64,000 nucleotides of DNA from assembly GCA_963664395.2 (NCBI GenBank), contig OY761159.2, positions 384,001 to 448,000 of the forward strand, written 5' to 3'. Source of the stretch: Candidatus Binatia bacterium. GTDB lineage: Bacteria > Desulfobacterota > Binatia > Bin18. Position numbers and translations under genes: made by a program. This document shows, in pieces, positions 9,576-20,615 of this stretch (positions are counted from its first letter, which is position 1; every line of letters starts with the position of its first letter). Below the pieces are notes generated by a model. That model was not told where the DNA came from, made no database searches, and saw only the letters and a list, made by a program, of their open reading frames with translations.

Positions 9576-10439
9576 CTACTCCGCCGGCTTCATAAACTTG
9601 AGCGTCATGCGATCGCTCTCGCCTATCGCCAGATATTTTTCCTTGTCCTCGTCTCCGAGACTGAGAGCGGGCGGCAGGGTCCACACACCTTTAGGATGGT
9701 CGCGCATGTCTTTCGGATTGGCGTTTATCTCACTCCGGTCCATAAGTGTGAATCCCGCTTTTTCCGCCATTTGAATTGTCGCCGCCTCTGTGACATAGCC
9801 TGAGCCTGCCTTTGGGTCTTGATCTTTGTCCGGGTCAGCCCGGTGCTCCACCACACCCAGAATTCCGCCCGGCTTCAGCGCTTTATACATGGCCGAAAAT
9901 ACGCCATCAGATGTTCCCGCACCTATCCAGTTGTGCACGTTGCGAAAGGTCAGGACCATGTCGGCCGAGCCTTCGGGCGCAATATCGACCTTATTGGGTG
10001 GAGCGAGTTCGGTCGCGGTCGGCGTGCCATACACCTCGGGATTGGCGGCTAGTTTCTCATCCAGAAGCGCGTTCAGCTTCTTCATGTATGCGATATCCGA
10101 TTCTCTATCGAATCCGGCCAGGTATAGGCTTCCCCGGTCTTTCAGATAAGGAGCCAGAATCTCGGTGTACCAGCCCCTCGACGGCGAAATTTCGACCACC
10201 GTCATATCCGGCTTGAGTCCCAGCCAGGTCAGGGTTTGCGCGGGATGACGGTATTGATCGCGCACTTTATGCTCGGCCGAGCGATGCTCCCCGTCAATGA
10301 CGGCTTGCAGCGCAGAATCGATTGAATCGGCCGCTTCTGCAGTAGCGTGGTGATCGGCAAGGGCTTGGCCGGTGAACAGCATCACGGCACTGACCGCGAC
10401 ACAGCATTGGAAAAATCGAGACACTGATACTTTCTGCAT
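9576..10439 (-). CDS. Predicted exported class I SAM-dependent methyltransferase (COG4798-like)
   Basis: Signal-peptide-like N-terminus; RDQYRHP, VVEISPSRGWYT, LTFRNVHNW, KPGGILGVVEHR, IGESDRMTLKF. Confidence 0.82.
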   Translation of the reverse strand: MQKVSVSRFFQCCVAVSAVMLFTGQALADHHATAEAADSIDSALQAVIDGEHRSAEHKVRDQYRHPAQTLTWLGLKPDMTVVEISPSRGWYTEILAPYLKDRGSLYLAGFDRESDIAYMKKLNALLDEKLAANPEVYGTPTATELAPPNKVDIAPEGSADMVLTFRNVHNWIGAGTSDGVFSAMYKALKPGGILGVVEHRADPDKDQDPKAGSGYVTEAATIQMAEKAGFTLMDRSEINANPKDMRDHPKGVWTLPPALSLGDEDKEKYLAIGESDRMTLKFMKPAE

Positions 10440-10553
10440 GAGTCCTTCTCCTTACTTCTGGTGTGAATCCGCCGTCCATCTGCAAGCCTTACCCGTTACA
10501 GATATTTCCGCAATCCCCCAAGGGCAGGCAGTCTCATGCGGATGAGGAAAAGT

Positions 10554-10588
10554 CCCTCACCCTAGCCCTCTCCCAGGGGGAGAGGGGA
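10554..10588. repeat. REP-like palindrome, CCCTCACCC..CCCTCTCCC..GGGAGAGGG family
   Basis: Related copies at about 9541-9571 and 56546-56578 (reverse); CCCCTC..GAGGGG variants at 57869-57890 and 63546-63657. Confidence 0.7.
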
Positions 10589-10602
10589 ATGAGACCGATA
10601 TG

Positions 10603-12141
10603 CTATTTTGCTGACAGAGAGGCGTATTGGTTCACTCCGTTGTCACGCCGGAGCAGGAGCAACAGCGGCTTGCCTTCCTCCACTGTGGCAATTTCCTTTT
10701 TGAGTTCGTCCAGCGTTTTGACCTGTGTCCGGTTGACCTCAAGGACCACGTCCCCCTCACGGACTCCGGCTTCCGCAGCCGGGCTGTCAGGCTGCACGCC
10801 AGCCACGATGACCCCTTCACTCTCTTTGAGCTGCATCTGAGCTCGCTCTTCCGGAGTGAGGTCACGCAGCGCCATCCCCCACTTCCCCTTTTTGGCAGCC
10901 TCAGGTCCGCTGGCTACTTCGGGTTCGTCAAGTTTGGCAATTTCGACAGTGAGCGTCTTGGTCTTTCCGTCGCGCAAGACCTCAATGGGGACTTTTGTCC
11001 CTACCTTGGTGGTGGCCACCAGCAGGGGCAGGTCGGAATTCTCTTTCACCTTTTGGCCGTCGTAGCCGACAATGACATCTCCGCGTTCCACGCCGCCTTT
11101 ATCGGCCGGGCTATCTGTGGCGACGTCGGCAACCAAGGCGCCGTTTGGATCGGTGAGGCCGAGGGATTCCGCCAACTCTTTGGTCATCTTCTGGATAGTG
11201 ACACCCAGCCAGCCGCGCGTCACATGGCCTTTGGTCTCCAGGTCGGGCACGAGCTGCTTGGCCAGGTTAATCGGGATGGCGAAGCCAATACCGATGTTGC
11301 CACCGCCATTCCCGAAGATCGCGGTGTTAATGCCAACGACTTCGCCCTTTTCGTTAAACAGCGGCCCACCCGAGTTTCCGGGGTTAATTGAGGCGTCGGT
11401 CTGAATGAAGTCATCGTACGGGCCGGCCCCGATTGTACGGCCTTTGGCGCTGACAATCCCCGCGGTAACGGTGTTGTTCAGCCCAAATGGGTTGCCAATG
11501 GCCATGACCCAGTCACCGACTCGTAAGTTTTCAGAATCTCCAAGGTTTGCGACCGGCAAATCCTGCTCTGATTCAATCTTGAGCACAGCCAAGTCAGTCT
11601 TGGGGTCGCGGCCGAGGACGGTGGCCTGATATTCACGCTCATCCGGGAGATTCACCATAATCTCGTTTGCGCCCTCAACCACATGATTATTGGTGATAAT
11701 GAGTCCATCCTTACGGATAATAAATCCAGAGCCTGAGCTGCGACGCGGAACGCCCTGGCGCGGAACGCCCTGGCGCGGACCGCCAAATCCAGGCGGAAAC
11801 GGGAATTGGCGACCGAACGGATTGCGTGGGCCACCAAAACGGCGTCGCTCAGACGCTCTTTCTACGCCAACAACGCGGACATGGACCACAGCCGGCGATA
11901 CATGGGCCGCCAGGGCAGCGAATGACGGTACCCCGGACGGCGTTAATTCGACCCCGGGAGTTGCCGTTTCCGGCGCCGCTTGAACCACGCCCACCACCTC
12001 CACTTGGGTCACCCTGCCCAGGATAAAGCCCCCTAGCACCAAGGAAACCGCCATAAAGAGTAAACGTGCCCTCCACAGCCTACCCAGATGTTGGCCCGCT
12101 TGCTCTTTCACTCCAGCCGATGTTTTCGTCTTCGTCTGCAT
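10603..12141 (-). CDS. Do/DegP/HtrA serine endoprotease with two PDZ domains
   Basis: [35 protein letters not shown]; N-terminal TM/signal; 15-nt duplication encoding PRQGV twice. Confidence 0.95.
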   Translation of the reverse strand: MQTKTKTSAGVKEQAGQHLGRLWRARLLFMAVSLVLGGFILGRVTQVEVVGVVQAAPETATPGVELTPSGVPSFAALAAHVSPAVVHVRVVGVERASERRRFGGPRNPFGRQFPFPPGFGGPRQGVPRQGVPRRSSGSGFIIRKDGLIITNNHVVEGANEIMVNLPDEREYQATVLGRDPKTDLAVLKIESEQDLPVANLGDSENLRVGDWVMAIGNPFGLNNTVTAGIVSAKGRTIGAGPYDDFIQTDASINPGNSGGPLFNEKGEVVGINTAIFGNGGGNIGIGFAIPINLAKQLVPDLETKGHVTRGWLGVTIQKMTKELAESLGLTDPNGALVADVATDSPADKGGVERGDVIVGYDGQKVKENSDLPLLVATTKVGTKVPIEVLRDGKTKTLTVEIAKLDEPEVASGPEAAKKGKWGMALRDLTPEERAQMQLKESEGVIVAGVQPDSPAAEAGVREGDVVLEVNRTQVKTLDELKKEIATVEEGKPLLLLLRRDNGVNQYASLSAK

Positions 12142-12263
12142 AACTTTCCTCCTCGCATTAAAGTTTCTGTGTTCTTTGACGTTCACTATAGCCATTACAT
12201 ATGAGAGAAAGATGAGATCAAGATTAGAGGTCTCTCATTTTTCGCTCAAACTGAGCCGCTCGC

Positions 12264-13154
12264 TCAGAGCGAGGCGAGCATCTTGAGGCCGGCGAGTACG
12301 CTTACGCTTACGGCTACCAGCCCGGCCCGCCACTGCAAGCGGCGTTCATCTGAAGCCGACAGGGGTGGAACAAGCGCTCCGAGTACGACACCACAGACCA
12401 AACCGCCAATATGCGCCGCGTGGTCCGTCCTCGGCCCAATGCCAATCACAAAACCGTAGAAGGCAATCAACATGGCCGGGACGTGCCAGAATGTATAGCG
12501 CGAAGAAGCCGGGAAAAGCGCGAGCTGCCGCAGGCGCACGCCGGACAAAGTGCCCAGCAGACCCAGAATAGCCCCTGACGCTCCGGCCTTGACCGCGAAA
12601 GACGGATTCCAGAGATAGCTCACATAATTGCCTGTTATCCCAGACACCACATACAGAAAGAAGAGTCGCCCCGGCCCGACCGCCCGCAGAGTCAGCATGC
12701 CAAGCACGCCCAACGTTGCCATATTCCCGGCCAGATGCTTGAGGCCGATGTGCAGAAACAGGGCAGTCACAGCCCGCCACCATTCGCCCTCTGCCAGTAA
12801 AAGAGTCCGGATCGCCCCGAAGCGGAGTAGGGTTGCCGAGTCGTACGAGCCACCGTTTTGCTCCAGCAGCCCCCACACGATTATATTGCAGAGGATCAGT
12901 CCCGCTACCCATACGGGGCTGCTGTGTTTACCGAGTTGGGGCTCAGGCGGTGCTGAGGGACGTGGGGGGTCCTCTTCGGTGATACACTGCTGCGCCTCCA
13001 GCAGTCGGTCGGGTTCGACTTCAATCACCCACGGACCGGTAGGATGCTCTTTCCGCAAAGACAGACGGGAAGTGATGCCGGCGCTGGTGAGAATCAGCGC
13101 CGTTTCTTCGGCCTGACTTTTCTCGGCACTAGCGACCAGGAAGGCGTAGGCCAC
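12264..13154 (-). CDS. Rhomboid family intramembrane serine protease
   Basis: WWRAVTALFLH, HLAGN, GASGA, AHIGG. Confidence 0.9.
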   Translation of the reverse strand: MAYAFLVASAEKSQAEETALILTSAGITSRLSLRKEHPTGPWVIEVEPDRLLEAQQCITEEDPPRPSAPPEPQLGKHSSPVWVAGLILCNIIVWGLLEQNGGSYDSATLLRFGAIRTLLLAEGEWWRAVTALFLHIGLKHLAGNMATLGVLGMLTLRAVGPGRLFFLYVVSGITGNYVSYLWNPSFAVKAGASGAILGLLGTLSGVRLRQLALFPASSRYTFWHVPAMLIAFYGFVIGIGPRTDHAAHIGGLVCGVVLGALVPPLSASDERRLQWRAGLVAVSVSVLAGLKMLASL

Positions 13155-13212
13155 TAGACCGCATTCCCCTCACCCACGCCGGACTGAACCGAAGCGGATG
13201 AATAACCGGACA

Positions 13213-13887
13213 TCAGGACAACATCTTTTGCGCGCCTTTAATAAACGTGTCTTTGTTTTCCTCTTTTTCAAGATCAAGGCTTTCTGGCACAGCCCGGCCC
13301 TTTTCTACTGCCGGACGCGCCCGAATCACGTCGCGCCAGCGTTTGAGATTGACGAGGCCATCGGCGTTAATGCCCGACCACTTATAGGTATGCACCCAGC
13401 TCCAGTGGGCGATGTCGGCGATTGAGTACTCACCAGCCAGGTATTCGTTCTCTTTGAGTCGCGTATCCAGCACCTCGAATAGCCGCCGCCCTTCGCGTTG
13501 ATAGCGATCAATAGCAAACGGAATTTTCTCGGGCGCGTACCGATAAAACACATTGGCCTGACCCATCATCGGACCGATACCGCCCATTTGGAACATGAGC
13601 CATTGCATGACCAGCGAACGGCCTTTTTCGTCTTGGGCCATGAGCTGGCCGGTTTTCTCGGCCAAATACACCATGATCGCACCCGTCTCAAAGACAGCGA
13701 AATCATCGTTGTCATGATCGACTATGGTCGGAATACGGCCGTTGGGGTTGAGCGCGACGTACCAGTCTTCTTTTTGTTCCCCCTTGGCCAGGTCAATCGC
13801 CTTCACCGTGTAATCGAGGCCCATTTCTTCAAGAGCAATAGACGCTTTCCAGCCGTTTGGGGTTGGTGCGGTGTACAGAGTAATCAT
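13213..13887 (-). CDS. Glutathione S-transferase family (YfcG/YghU-like)
   Basis: TPNGWK, NPNGRIP, FETGAI, YSIADIA. Confidence 0.92.
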   Translation of the reverse strand: MITLYTAPTPNGWKASIALEEMGLDYTVKAIDLAKGEQKEDWYVALNPNGRIPTIVDHDNDDFAVFETGAIMVYLAEKTGQLMAQDEKGRSLVMQWLMFQMGGIGPMMGQANVFYRYAPEKIPFAIDRYQREGRRLFEVLDTRLKENEYLAGEYSIADIAHWSWVHTYKWSGINADGLVNLKRWRDVIRARPAVEKGRAVPESLDLEKEENKDTFIKGAQKMLS

Positions 13888-13936
13888 ACGTTTTTACCCA
13901 TTTTCTCCCATTTCCCCCTTGGGTGGTGATGTCAAT

Positions 13937-14716
13937 CTATTCTGCGTTTGGCTTCAGCGCGGCAAAACGCAGCCGGACATAATCGGCTGTCCATTTTCCG
14001 TCAGCATCACATAAATCGGGGCGCAGAATATCCCGGACCTGGTCAATACTTGCCGTACGGTCTGCTTCAGGAACTGCGTTGAGAAAGGTTGCCGTAAACA
14101 TTTCCAGCCAGTCTCCTATGTCTCCGGGAAGTGGTGTGGGCCGGGGAATCAGCTCTATTGACTGGACCTGAAGGCCTCTGGCTTCAAGCTGCCGGGTATA
14201 GGTTGCAGGCGTGGGGAAATACCAGGGGTTAATGGACTCGGGATCAATACCGCGGGCGCGCAGCACGTGATAAACAGCCGCCGCTATTTTTTCGACATTT
14301 CCCGCTCCGCCACATTCGGCCACAAACCGCCCACCGAATTTGAGCGCGCGCCAGACACCGGCAATCACTCCGTCAGTGTGCTTCATCCAATGCAGGGCGG
14401 CATTGCTAAAGACTGCGTCAAATTCATTGCGATACGAAAGCTGCCGGCCATCTACGACGTGGGCGTCCAGACCGCGAGTGCGTGCGGCTGCGACCTGCTC
14501 AGGACTGCCATCAACTCCGACTACCTCACAGCCAACTGCGACAAGTTTTTCAGTTAACGCGCCGTCACCACAGCCGAGATCAAGAATACGTTCGCCCGGC
14601 CTGGGATCAAGCAGTGCAACCACAGGCATGCCAAGGTCTGAGACAAAGCGGGCACTGCGGGCATAGCGTTCCGGGTCCCAGGGCTGGGCTTGCGCTGAAT
14701 GGCTCTGTGTAGACAT
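13937..14716 (-). CDS. Class I SAM-dependent methyltransferase (trans-aconitate MTase-like)
   Basis: ILDLGCGDG, FDAVFSNAALHW, DYVRLRF. Confidence 0.88.
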   Translation of the reverse strand: MSTQSHSAQAQPWDPERYARSARFVSDLGMPVVALLDPRPGERILDLGCGDGALTEKLVAVGCEVVGVDGSPEQVAAARTRGLDAHVVDGRQLSYRNEFDAVFSNAALHWMKHTDGVIAGVWRALKFGGRFVAECGGAGNVEKIAAAVYHVLRARGIDPESINPWYFPTPATYTRQLEARGLQVQSIELIPRPTPLPGDIGDWLEMFTATFLNAVPEADRTASIDQVRDILRPDLCDADGKWTADYVRLRFAALKPNAE

Positions 14717-14829
14717 CTGTTCCCCTAATCCTGAAGCTGGAGGGGAGTCAAGGGGGAAACGCTCTGGCAACACAACGCTGAGCAGTGTTATACGAAAGAC
14801 CAACAAACGTAACGAAGAGGAATAAGGCC

Positions 14830-15729
14830 ATGAAGAGTATCAAAACCGGTGGTGTTGAGATGATCCCGATTGAGGGTGAATACGAAGTCTGGACCAAGCG
14901 CTTCGGCTCCGGGTCGATTCCACTCCTCACGCTGCACGGCGGCCCCGGCTGCACGCATGAATATTTTGAGTGTTTTGAAGACTTCCTACCGCAGCATGAT
15001 ATTCAGATTATTTACTACGACCAGCTCGGCTCGGCCTATTCCGACCAGCCGGACGATACCAGCCTGTGGACGGTGGAGCGTTTTCGGGAAGAAGTCGAGC
15101 AGGTCCGGCTTGCGCTTGGGCTTGAGCACTTCTATCTGCTCGGACACTCCTGGGGCGGGCTGCTCGGCATTGAGTACGCCCTGGCCTATCAGCAGCATCT
15201 CAAGGGACTCATCATCTCTAATATGACCGCCAGCATTCCGGCCTATGTCGCGTATATAAACGAGTTGCGCGACCAACAGCCGTCCGAGGTCCTTCGCCTT
15301 CTCGAAAAATATGAGGCGACCGAGGACTATGCAGCGCCGGAATATGAGGAGGCCCTGTTCACCCATATTTACAGTAAGCATTTGTGTCGTGTAGCGCCCT
15401 GGCCGGAACCACTCGTGCGCATGTTCCGCAACCTGGCCAAGCCGGTCTATAACACCATGCAGGGCCCGAATGAGTTTGTCGTCAACGGCACGTTCAAGGA
15501 CTGGGACCGCTGGGAAGATCTGCACCGGATTCAGTGTCCGACCCTCGTTTCCGGTGCGCGCTTCGACACCATGCGCGTGTCCGAGATTGAACGCATGGGC
15601 GAGTTGATCCCCCACTCGCGCGTGGCTGTGTGTGAAAACGGCAGCCATTGCGCCATGTATGACGATCAGGAAACGTATTTTCGAGACTTGGTGCAGTTCA
15701 TTCAGGATGTCGAGGCAGGGTCGTTCTGA
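14830..15729 (+). CDS. Proline iminopeptidase-family alpha/beta hydrolase
   Basis: LHGGPG, YDQLG, GHSWGG, MQGPNEF, GSH. Confidence 0.9.
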   Translation: MKSIKTGGVEMIPIEGEYEVWTKRFGSGSIPLLTLHGGPGCTHEYFECFEDFLPQHDIQIIYYDQLGSAYSDQPDDTSLWTVERFREEVEQVRLALGLEHFYLLGHSWGGLLGIEYALAYQQHLKGLIISNMTASIPAYVAYINELRDQQPSEVLRLLEKYEATEDYAAPEYEEALFTHIYSKHLCRVAPWPEPLVRMFRNLAKPVYNTMQGPNEFVVNGTFKDWDRWEDLHRIQCPTLVSGARFDTMRVSEIERMGELIPHSRVAVCENGSHCAMYDDQETYFRDLVQFIQDVEAGSF

Positions 15730-15830
15730 CATCTCCCCCTGCCCCACCGCTCGCCCGTAGGTACATCGGCGCAACCGGTTCGAGCTTGCCTGGTCTGTGA
15801 AAAAATCATACCTTCCCTACCACGAGGAGG

Positions 15831-16514
15831 ATGTACACAATGGCCCATTTACTCATTGCCTTTAAGCGGAAAGATGGTCTCAGCCTGGCTGACTTCTCAC
15901 GTCACTGGCGCGAGGTGCATGCCCCACTCGCCAAGCGGATGCCCGGCCTGCGTGGCTATGTCCAAAACCATAGCGCGTCCGTGGTGAGCCGGAGCCAAGC
16001 CTATGACGGGGTGGTGGAAATCTGGATGGACAGTGAAGACGCCATCACCGCGGCCTTTCGGAGCAAGGAATATCGTGAAGGCGCGTATGCGGATGAGCCG
16101 AATTTTGCGGATGTCAAAAACGTGGTGCGGCTCGTCACCGCAGACCATGTGCTGCGCGAGGGAGAGGAGTACACCAGCCCCGAGCCACGGATCAAACGGC
16201 TGTCTTTCATCAAACGGAAGCCTGATTGGGACCGGGATGAGTTCTTCCGCTACTGGAAAGACGTGCACGGCCCACTGGCACTCGCCCTGCCCGGTGTGCA
16301 GCGCTATGTCCAGTGCCACGCCCTACCTTCGGCGTATGAGCAGGGCGAGCCGCAGTACGACGGCGTAGCAGAACTGTGGTTTGAGACCCTGGGCGATCTG
16401 CACTTTGCCCTGACGTCCGCGGAATACAAAGACCACGCCCAACCGGACGGTGCAAAGTTCATTGACCCAACATCAACGTTCACTCTGATTACCGAAGAGC
16501 ACCGGATTGTGTAG
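15831..16514 (+). CDS. Tandem EthD-domain protein
   Basis: Two repeats of KRK...F..(H/Y)W..VH.PL...Y VQ.H...YDGV.E.W. Confidence 0.88.
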   Translation: MYTMAHLLIAFKRKDGLSLADFSRHWREVHAPLAKRMPGLRGYVQNHSASVVSRSQAYDGVVEIWMDSEDAITAAFRSKEYREGAYADEPNFADVKNVVRLVTADHVLREGEEYTSPEPRIKRLSFIKRKPDWDRDEFFRYWKDVHGPLALALPGVQRYVQCHALPSAYEQGEPQYDGVAELWFETLGDLHFALTSAEYKDHAQPDGAKFIDPTSTFTLITEEHRIV

Positions 16515-16581
16515 CGCCGCTCTGCGCTACAACAGGACAGTGCCTGCGCTCCCAGATTGAGTCTCCACCCCTACCCGGGGC

Positions 16582-17718
16582 TCAGGTCCGAGACGGCAAG
16601 CGCACCACGCCCGTGCTGAGCACGGACAGTTCGCCGTCCTGGTTTTTGGCGTTCTGCTGCACCTCGACGCAATGCTGGCCGTCTTCCTCGAAAATCCGAG
16701 TCACCTCGCCGTTGATAAAAAGCGTATCGCCGACCGGATTGTGACGCCGTATCTTGACGGAAATCTGGCGCAGAAAACCCTGGTCGCCCATCCAGTCGGT
16801 CAGATGGTGGGCCATCCACGAGGTGCGCTCCGGGCCATAGTCGTAGGCTTCGGGCGTACCGACCCGTTGGGCCAGCTCGGTATCCCAGTGGACGCGCTCG
16901 GGCACGTCAGGAATGCCAAAACGGTCAGGAATACCCAGCCCAGGATGTTTGTGGAGTTGCTTCCAGGCCAGGCGGTTGGCCCGGATATACAGCCCACCCC
17001 AGCCCTGGGCATAGGCGATAAAGCCGGTGACCGTCATCGGGCCTTTGACCATGGTCGGCAGGCTGTCGCCAACGCTGACCTCTTCGATATAACGCGGCGT
17101 TGCTCCGCGCACTTCTTCCTGCGCGTACTGGGCGAAGATCTCGGCGATGTGTTCGCGGCTATAGCTGACCGGCGCTTGCTGTTTGACCTCGGTGTATTTT
17201 GTGCCGCGCTCCCGGGCGGTGTCGCGCTCGGTCCGAAAACACCAGCTATCGCCTGCGATCACCAGCTCGTTATCCTGGTTGTAATAATCAACATGATAAA
17301 TCTGTTGAATCGCGCGACCGGCAAAACGTGTCTCGTGTTCTATCAAGTCCTTCAAGCGGGCTTTGGTAGTAAAGGAATCATTGCGAAATATGGGCTTATG
17401 CCAGGTCAAATCCGCACCGGCCCACATGGCGTGAATCCCCGGTAGTCCCCCCACATAGCCACTCAAGACCCGATTCAGCGGGAAGACGAACGACGGCGGA
17501 GCGGTAATCGCGCCGTACTGCGCTTGAGCCGCGTACTCCGGGTCGCACCACAGGGGATTATCGTCGCCGATGCCGTGCGCATAATGGCGGATATTGTCGC
17601 GGGTGGCCTCATAGCACCACGGCTCCAGGGTGTCACCGATAGGGACATTAATAAACTTGCGCAGAGAATCCAGGGCTTCATCGGTGATAATGGCAAAGCG
17701 GGGTTCTTGGGCTGACAT
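16582..17718 (-). CDS. Double hot-dog MaoC/FAS1-like acyl-CoA dehydratase
   Basis: RDNIRHYAHGIGDDNPLW, APPSF, VHWD..A...G motifs in two hot-dog halves. Confidence 0.8.
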   Translation of the reverse strand: MSAQEPRFAIITDEALDSLRKFINVPIGDTLEPWCYEATRDNIRHYAHGIGDDNPLWCDPEYAAQAQYGAITAPPSFVFPLNRVLSGYVGGLPGIHAMWAGADLTWHKPIFRNDSFTTKARLKDLIEHETRFAGRAIQQIYHVDYYNQDNELVIAGDSWCFRTERDTARERGTKYTEVKQQAPVSYSREHIAEIFAQYAQEEVRGATPRYIEEVSVGDSLPTMVKGPMTVTGFIAYAQGWGGLYIRANRLAWKQLHKHPGLGIPDRFGIPDVPERVHWDTELAQRVGTPEAYDYGPERTSWMAHHLTDWMGDQGFLRQISVKIRRHNPVGDTLFINGEVTRIFEEDGQHCVEVQQNAKNQDGELSVLSTGVVRLPSRT

Positions 17719-17880
17719 GGCTGCTCTTTACTCCTTGATCTCCGGCGAAATCAGGCTATATTTTTGCGCCCTCAGCATGGGGGATTTGTGCCGGGAGCGC
17801 AAGACAGGACGCCTATCAGAAAAAACTTCGGGCTGATTTCCGGCGGCCTGCTGTTCTCCCGGCCGGCGCAGAGTATGCCC

Positions 17881-18657
17881 CTACTCAAGACCGGAGTAGT
17901 CGAATGGCATGGGTTCGATATCACCAGCCTGAATCGCATTCAGTCGTGCGTCTGAGAGCGGATAGCTGAATTGTTCATTGCGCATATGGAGCCGCTGGAG
18001 CAGAATCTTGTGGACCATGTCAGCGACCTCATCCCACTCGGCTGGAGAGAGTGTCTGCTGCGAGAGACCAACAAAGCCAGAGCGCATATGCCCGATTTCG
18101 TCGTTATAGACTTGCTCACACGCTTTTGCGATGCGGTCATTCGGCTCGCCTGTCCCCGCCAGCCGCATCCCCGCGACAAACATGCTGCAATACCCGCCCT
18201 CAGTAAAACGCGAGGCAAAATGACCCAGTTGACCCCGTTTATCCCTGTAGTCGTAGCGCAGGTGGGCCAGCGTTTCATCCGCCTCCCAGCCCATGAGTTG
18301 CTGGGGGTTCAGCCTGGTACCACTGATATAGTCGTAGATGTCGGCAAACAAACAGTAGTGATAGAATTCGGAACGCAGGTCGTCGATCACATCCAACACA
18401 GTATGGCGATCAACCTCGCGGTCGATCTTGGAGAAGACGGCGTCCAGGTAGGCCACCGGCCCCTGAAAGAGGCCCTTCTTCTTATCGCCGATGCCCGAGC
18501 CCCAGATCTCCTTGAAACACTGGCGCTTAAGCCACACCAGATCGCTTTGGTTCGTGCGCTGCGGACTCTGGAAATAGGTCCGGACAATCTCCTCCTCGCC
18601 GGCCCACAGGGGGGCGGCAAGGGCAACCAGCCGTCTGAGATTTTCGTGTATCGGCAT
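17881..18657 (-). CDS. Ferritin-like diiron-carboxylate protein, function unknown
   Basis: E (FKE)...ExxH (EFYH)...E (FTE)...DExxH (DEIGH) pattern in a helical protein. Confidence 0.65.
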   Translation of the reverse strand: MPIHENLRRLVALAAPLWAGEEEIVRTYFQSPQRTNQSDLVWLKRQCFKEIWGSGIGDKKKGLFQGPVAYLDAVFSKIDREVDRHTVLDVIDDLRSEFYHYCLFADIYDYISGTRLNPQQLMGWEADETLAHLRYDYRDKRGQLGHFASRFTEGGYCSMFVAGMRLAGTGEPNDRIAKACEQVYNDEIGHMRSGFVGLSQQTLSPAEWDEVADMVHKILLQRLHMRNEQFSYPLSDARLNAIQAGDIEPMPFDYSGLE

Positions 18658-18691
18658 AAGAAACCCGTATCAGAGCACGCGCTGGGCTGAG

Positions 18692-19399
18692 CTAGGCTGC
18701 ATTTCTGTTGGCATCGATGTGATCGCCCAACTCGCAAATGCCCTGATAGAACAACTTGCAGGCCGTCAGCGCCAGTTCCATGCCATCCAGGACTTCCCGG
18801 CGCTCAGCCTCAGTGGTCACGTGCCGGGCGATTGGCTCCCAGACCTGCCGGCCGGCATGATCGTCGTCCGCCTTGGTGTGGTAGGTGAAAAAGAAGACCT
18901 GCTCGTCATTGAGATTATAGGTTGCCTTCCACGCCTCAGGCCGAAAATTGTGCTCGCCGGACATGGCGGTCAGCATGAACTCATCCACCGAGGTCGCCAG
19001 CCAGCCTGCAACCCAGTGTTTTGAGCGGGCAATATTCTCCCACACGTTCAGCGCAACATCGACCAGCGGCACCGCGCGGGTATTGTCCATTTCCCCATTG
19101 GTCAGGCCGACGTTGCGGCCCATTTCCCACAACAGCGTTGTATGGGGCTGGGAAATCTCGTCATCATACACCAGCTCTTCCCGCATCTGCCCAATGGTCT
19201 TGCGGACAATAGCCAAGTCAGGACACCGACTCACCCAGGCCGGACGGATAACCGCACTGAACAATCGGTTACGCAGGATGTGCTGCAAGATAAAGGCCTG
19301 GCCACGCCCCGGAGTCAGCGACTCAACCAGCCAGGGGACTTCAGGAGCAATGTCGAGGGCGCGCTCGCAAATGACATCAACAATAGAAGTCTGTGACAT
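18692..19399 (-). CDS. Heme-oxygenase-like diiron oxidase (CADD/PqqC/TenA fold)
   Basis: EEL...PH, DE, FFTYHTKADDDH (H-x3-D-x2-H), matching the CADD ligand pattern. Confidence 0.72.
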   Translation of the reverse strand: MSQTSIVDVICERALDIAPEVPWLVESLTPGRGQAFILQHILRNRLFSAVIRPAWVSRCPDLAIVRKTIGQMREELVYDDEISQPHTTLLWEMGRNVGLTNGEMDNTRAVPLVDVALNVWENIARSKHWVAGWLATSVDEFMLTAMSGEHNFRPEAWKATYNLNDEQVFFFTYHTKADDDHAGRQVWEPIARHVTTEAERREVLDGMELALTACKLFYQGICELGDHIDANRNAA

Positions 19400-19448
19400 T
19401 TTCTATCCTCTTCTATCCTCACTTTTATTTTCGGTTCTCAACCCGGCT

Positions 19449-20615
19449 TTAGGGCTGGCCAAGCACGGCGACACACGAGACTGCCCCAGGGCCACCTACG
19501 TTATGGACTAAACCCATTTTTGGATCTTTGACTTGACGCAGTCCGGCCTCACCTCGAAGCTGGGTGACGATTTCATACACCATACGCACACCGCTCGCGC
19601 CAATAGGATGGCCAAACGACTTGAGCCCGCCACTGGGGTTGACCGGGATATCACCGTCCAAGGCGGTGCGGCCTTCTTCAATCAGCTTGGCGCCCTGACC
19701 CTTTTGGATAAAGCCGAGGTCTTCGTAGTTGGAAATCTCCGTCCAGGTAAAGCAGTCGTGCACCTCGGCGACGTCGATTTCCTTCAGCGGGTCGGTAATG
19801 CCGGCCATGGCATAGGCCTGGGCCGAGGCGTTTTGGGTGGCACGAAAGCCAAGGTAGTCAAAGTTCGGGTCCATGAACGGCCGGCCGCTCGTCACGGACA
19901 GCCCTACACCTTTGACCAGGATATGGTCGGCACGATATTTTTTCGCCAGGTCGGCTCGGCAGACTATGGCCGCGGCTGCGCCATCAGTCGTCGGACAGCA
20001 GTCGTACAGCCCAAACGGATAGGCCACAACCGGCGCAGTCAGGACGGTTTCCAGTGTGACTTCCTTCTGCAAGTGGGCTTTGGCGTTGAGCGCACCATTG
20101 TGATGGTTCTTCACCGCGACTTTCGCCAGGGTTTCACGGGTCAAGCCGAACTCGTACATATAGCGTGTGGCGGCCAGGGCAAACAGTCCCGGTGCGGTTG
20201 AGCCATCGTGGTAATACGGATGCACGCCCTCTCGGGCGAGCCCACGTCCGGGACGGTCTTTATATTTTTCAACGCCTAAGACGAGAGCCGTATCATACAT
20301 ACCGGAGGCGACCGCGAGGACCGCGTGCCGAAAAGCATCAGTCCCCGTCGCGCAAAAGTTTTCCACTCTGGAAATTGGCTTATCGTACAACCGCAGGGCA
20401 TCACCGAGCGACACCGCGGCTTTGCCGTGCCCCTGCGCCGGTGAATAGGTTCCAAGCCAGGCCGCATCGATCTCTTCGGGAGAGATGTGGGCGTCATGAA
20501 ATGCCGCATACGCGGCATCAACCGCCATGTCTTCATAGCCCTGATCAAAATTATCGCCGAACTTGATACAGCCAACACCGATAACCGCGACTTGATCTTT
20601 GAGCGACCTAGCCAT
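19449..20615 (-). CDS. Thiolase, SCP-x/archaeal type (acetyl-CoA acetyltransferase)
   Basis: VENFCATG, DCCPTTDGAAA, EVHDCF, NPSGGLKSFGHPIGASG, HNVGG. Confidence 0.92.
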   Translation of the reverse strand: MARSLKDQVAVIGVGCIKFGDNFDQGYEDMAVDAAYAAFHDAHISPEEIDAAWLGTYSPAQGHGKAAVSLGDALRLYDKPISRVENFCATGTDAFRHAVLAVASGMYDTALVLGVEKYKDRPGRGLAREGVHPYYHDGSTAPGLFALAATRYMYEFGLTRETLAKVAVKNHHNGALNAKAHLQKEVTLETVLTAPVVAYPFGLYDCCPTTDGAAAAIVCRADLAKKYRADHILVKGVGLSVTSGRPFMDPNFDYLGFRATQNASAQAYAMAGITDPLKEIDVAEVHDCFTWTEISNYEDLGFIQKGQGAKLIEEGRTALDGDIPVNPSGGLKSFGHPIGASGVRMVYEIVTQLRGEAGLRQVKDPKMGLVHNVGGPGAVSCVAVLGQP

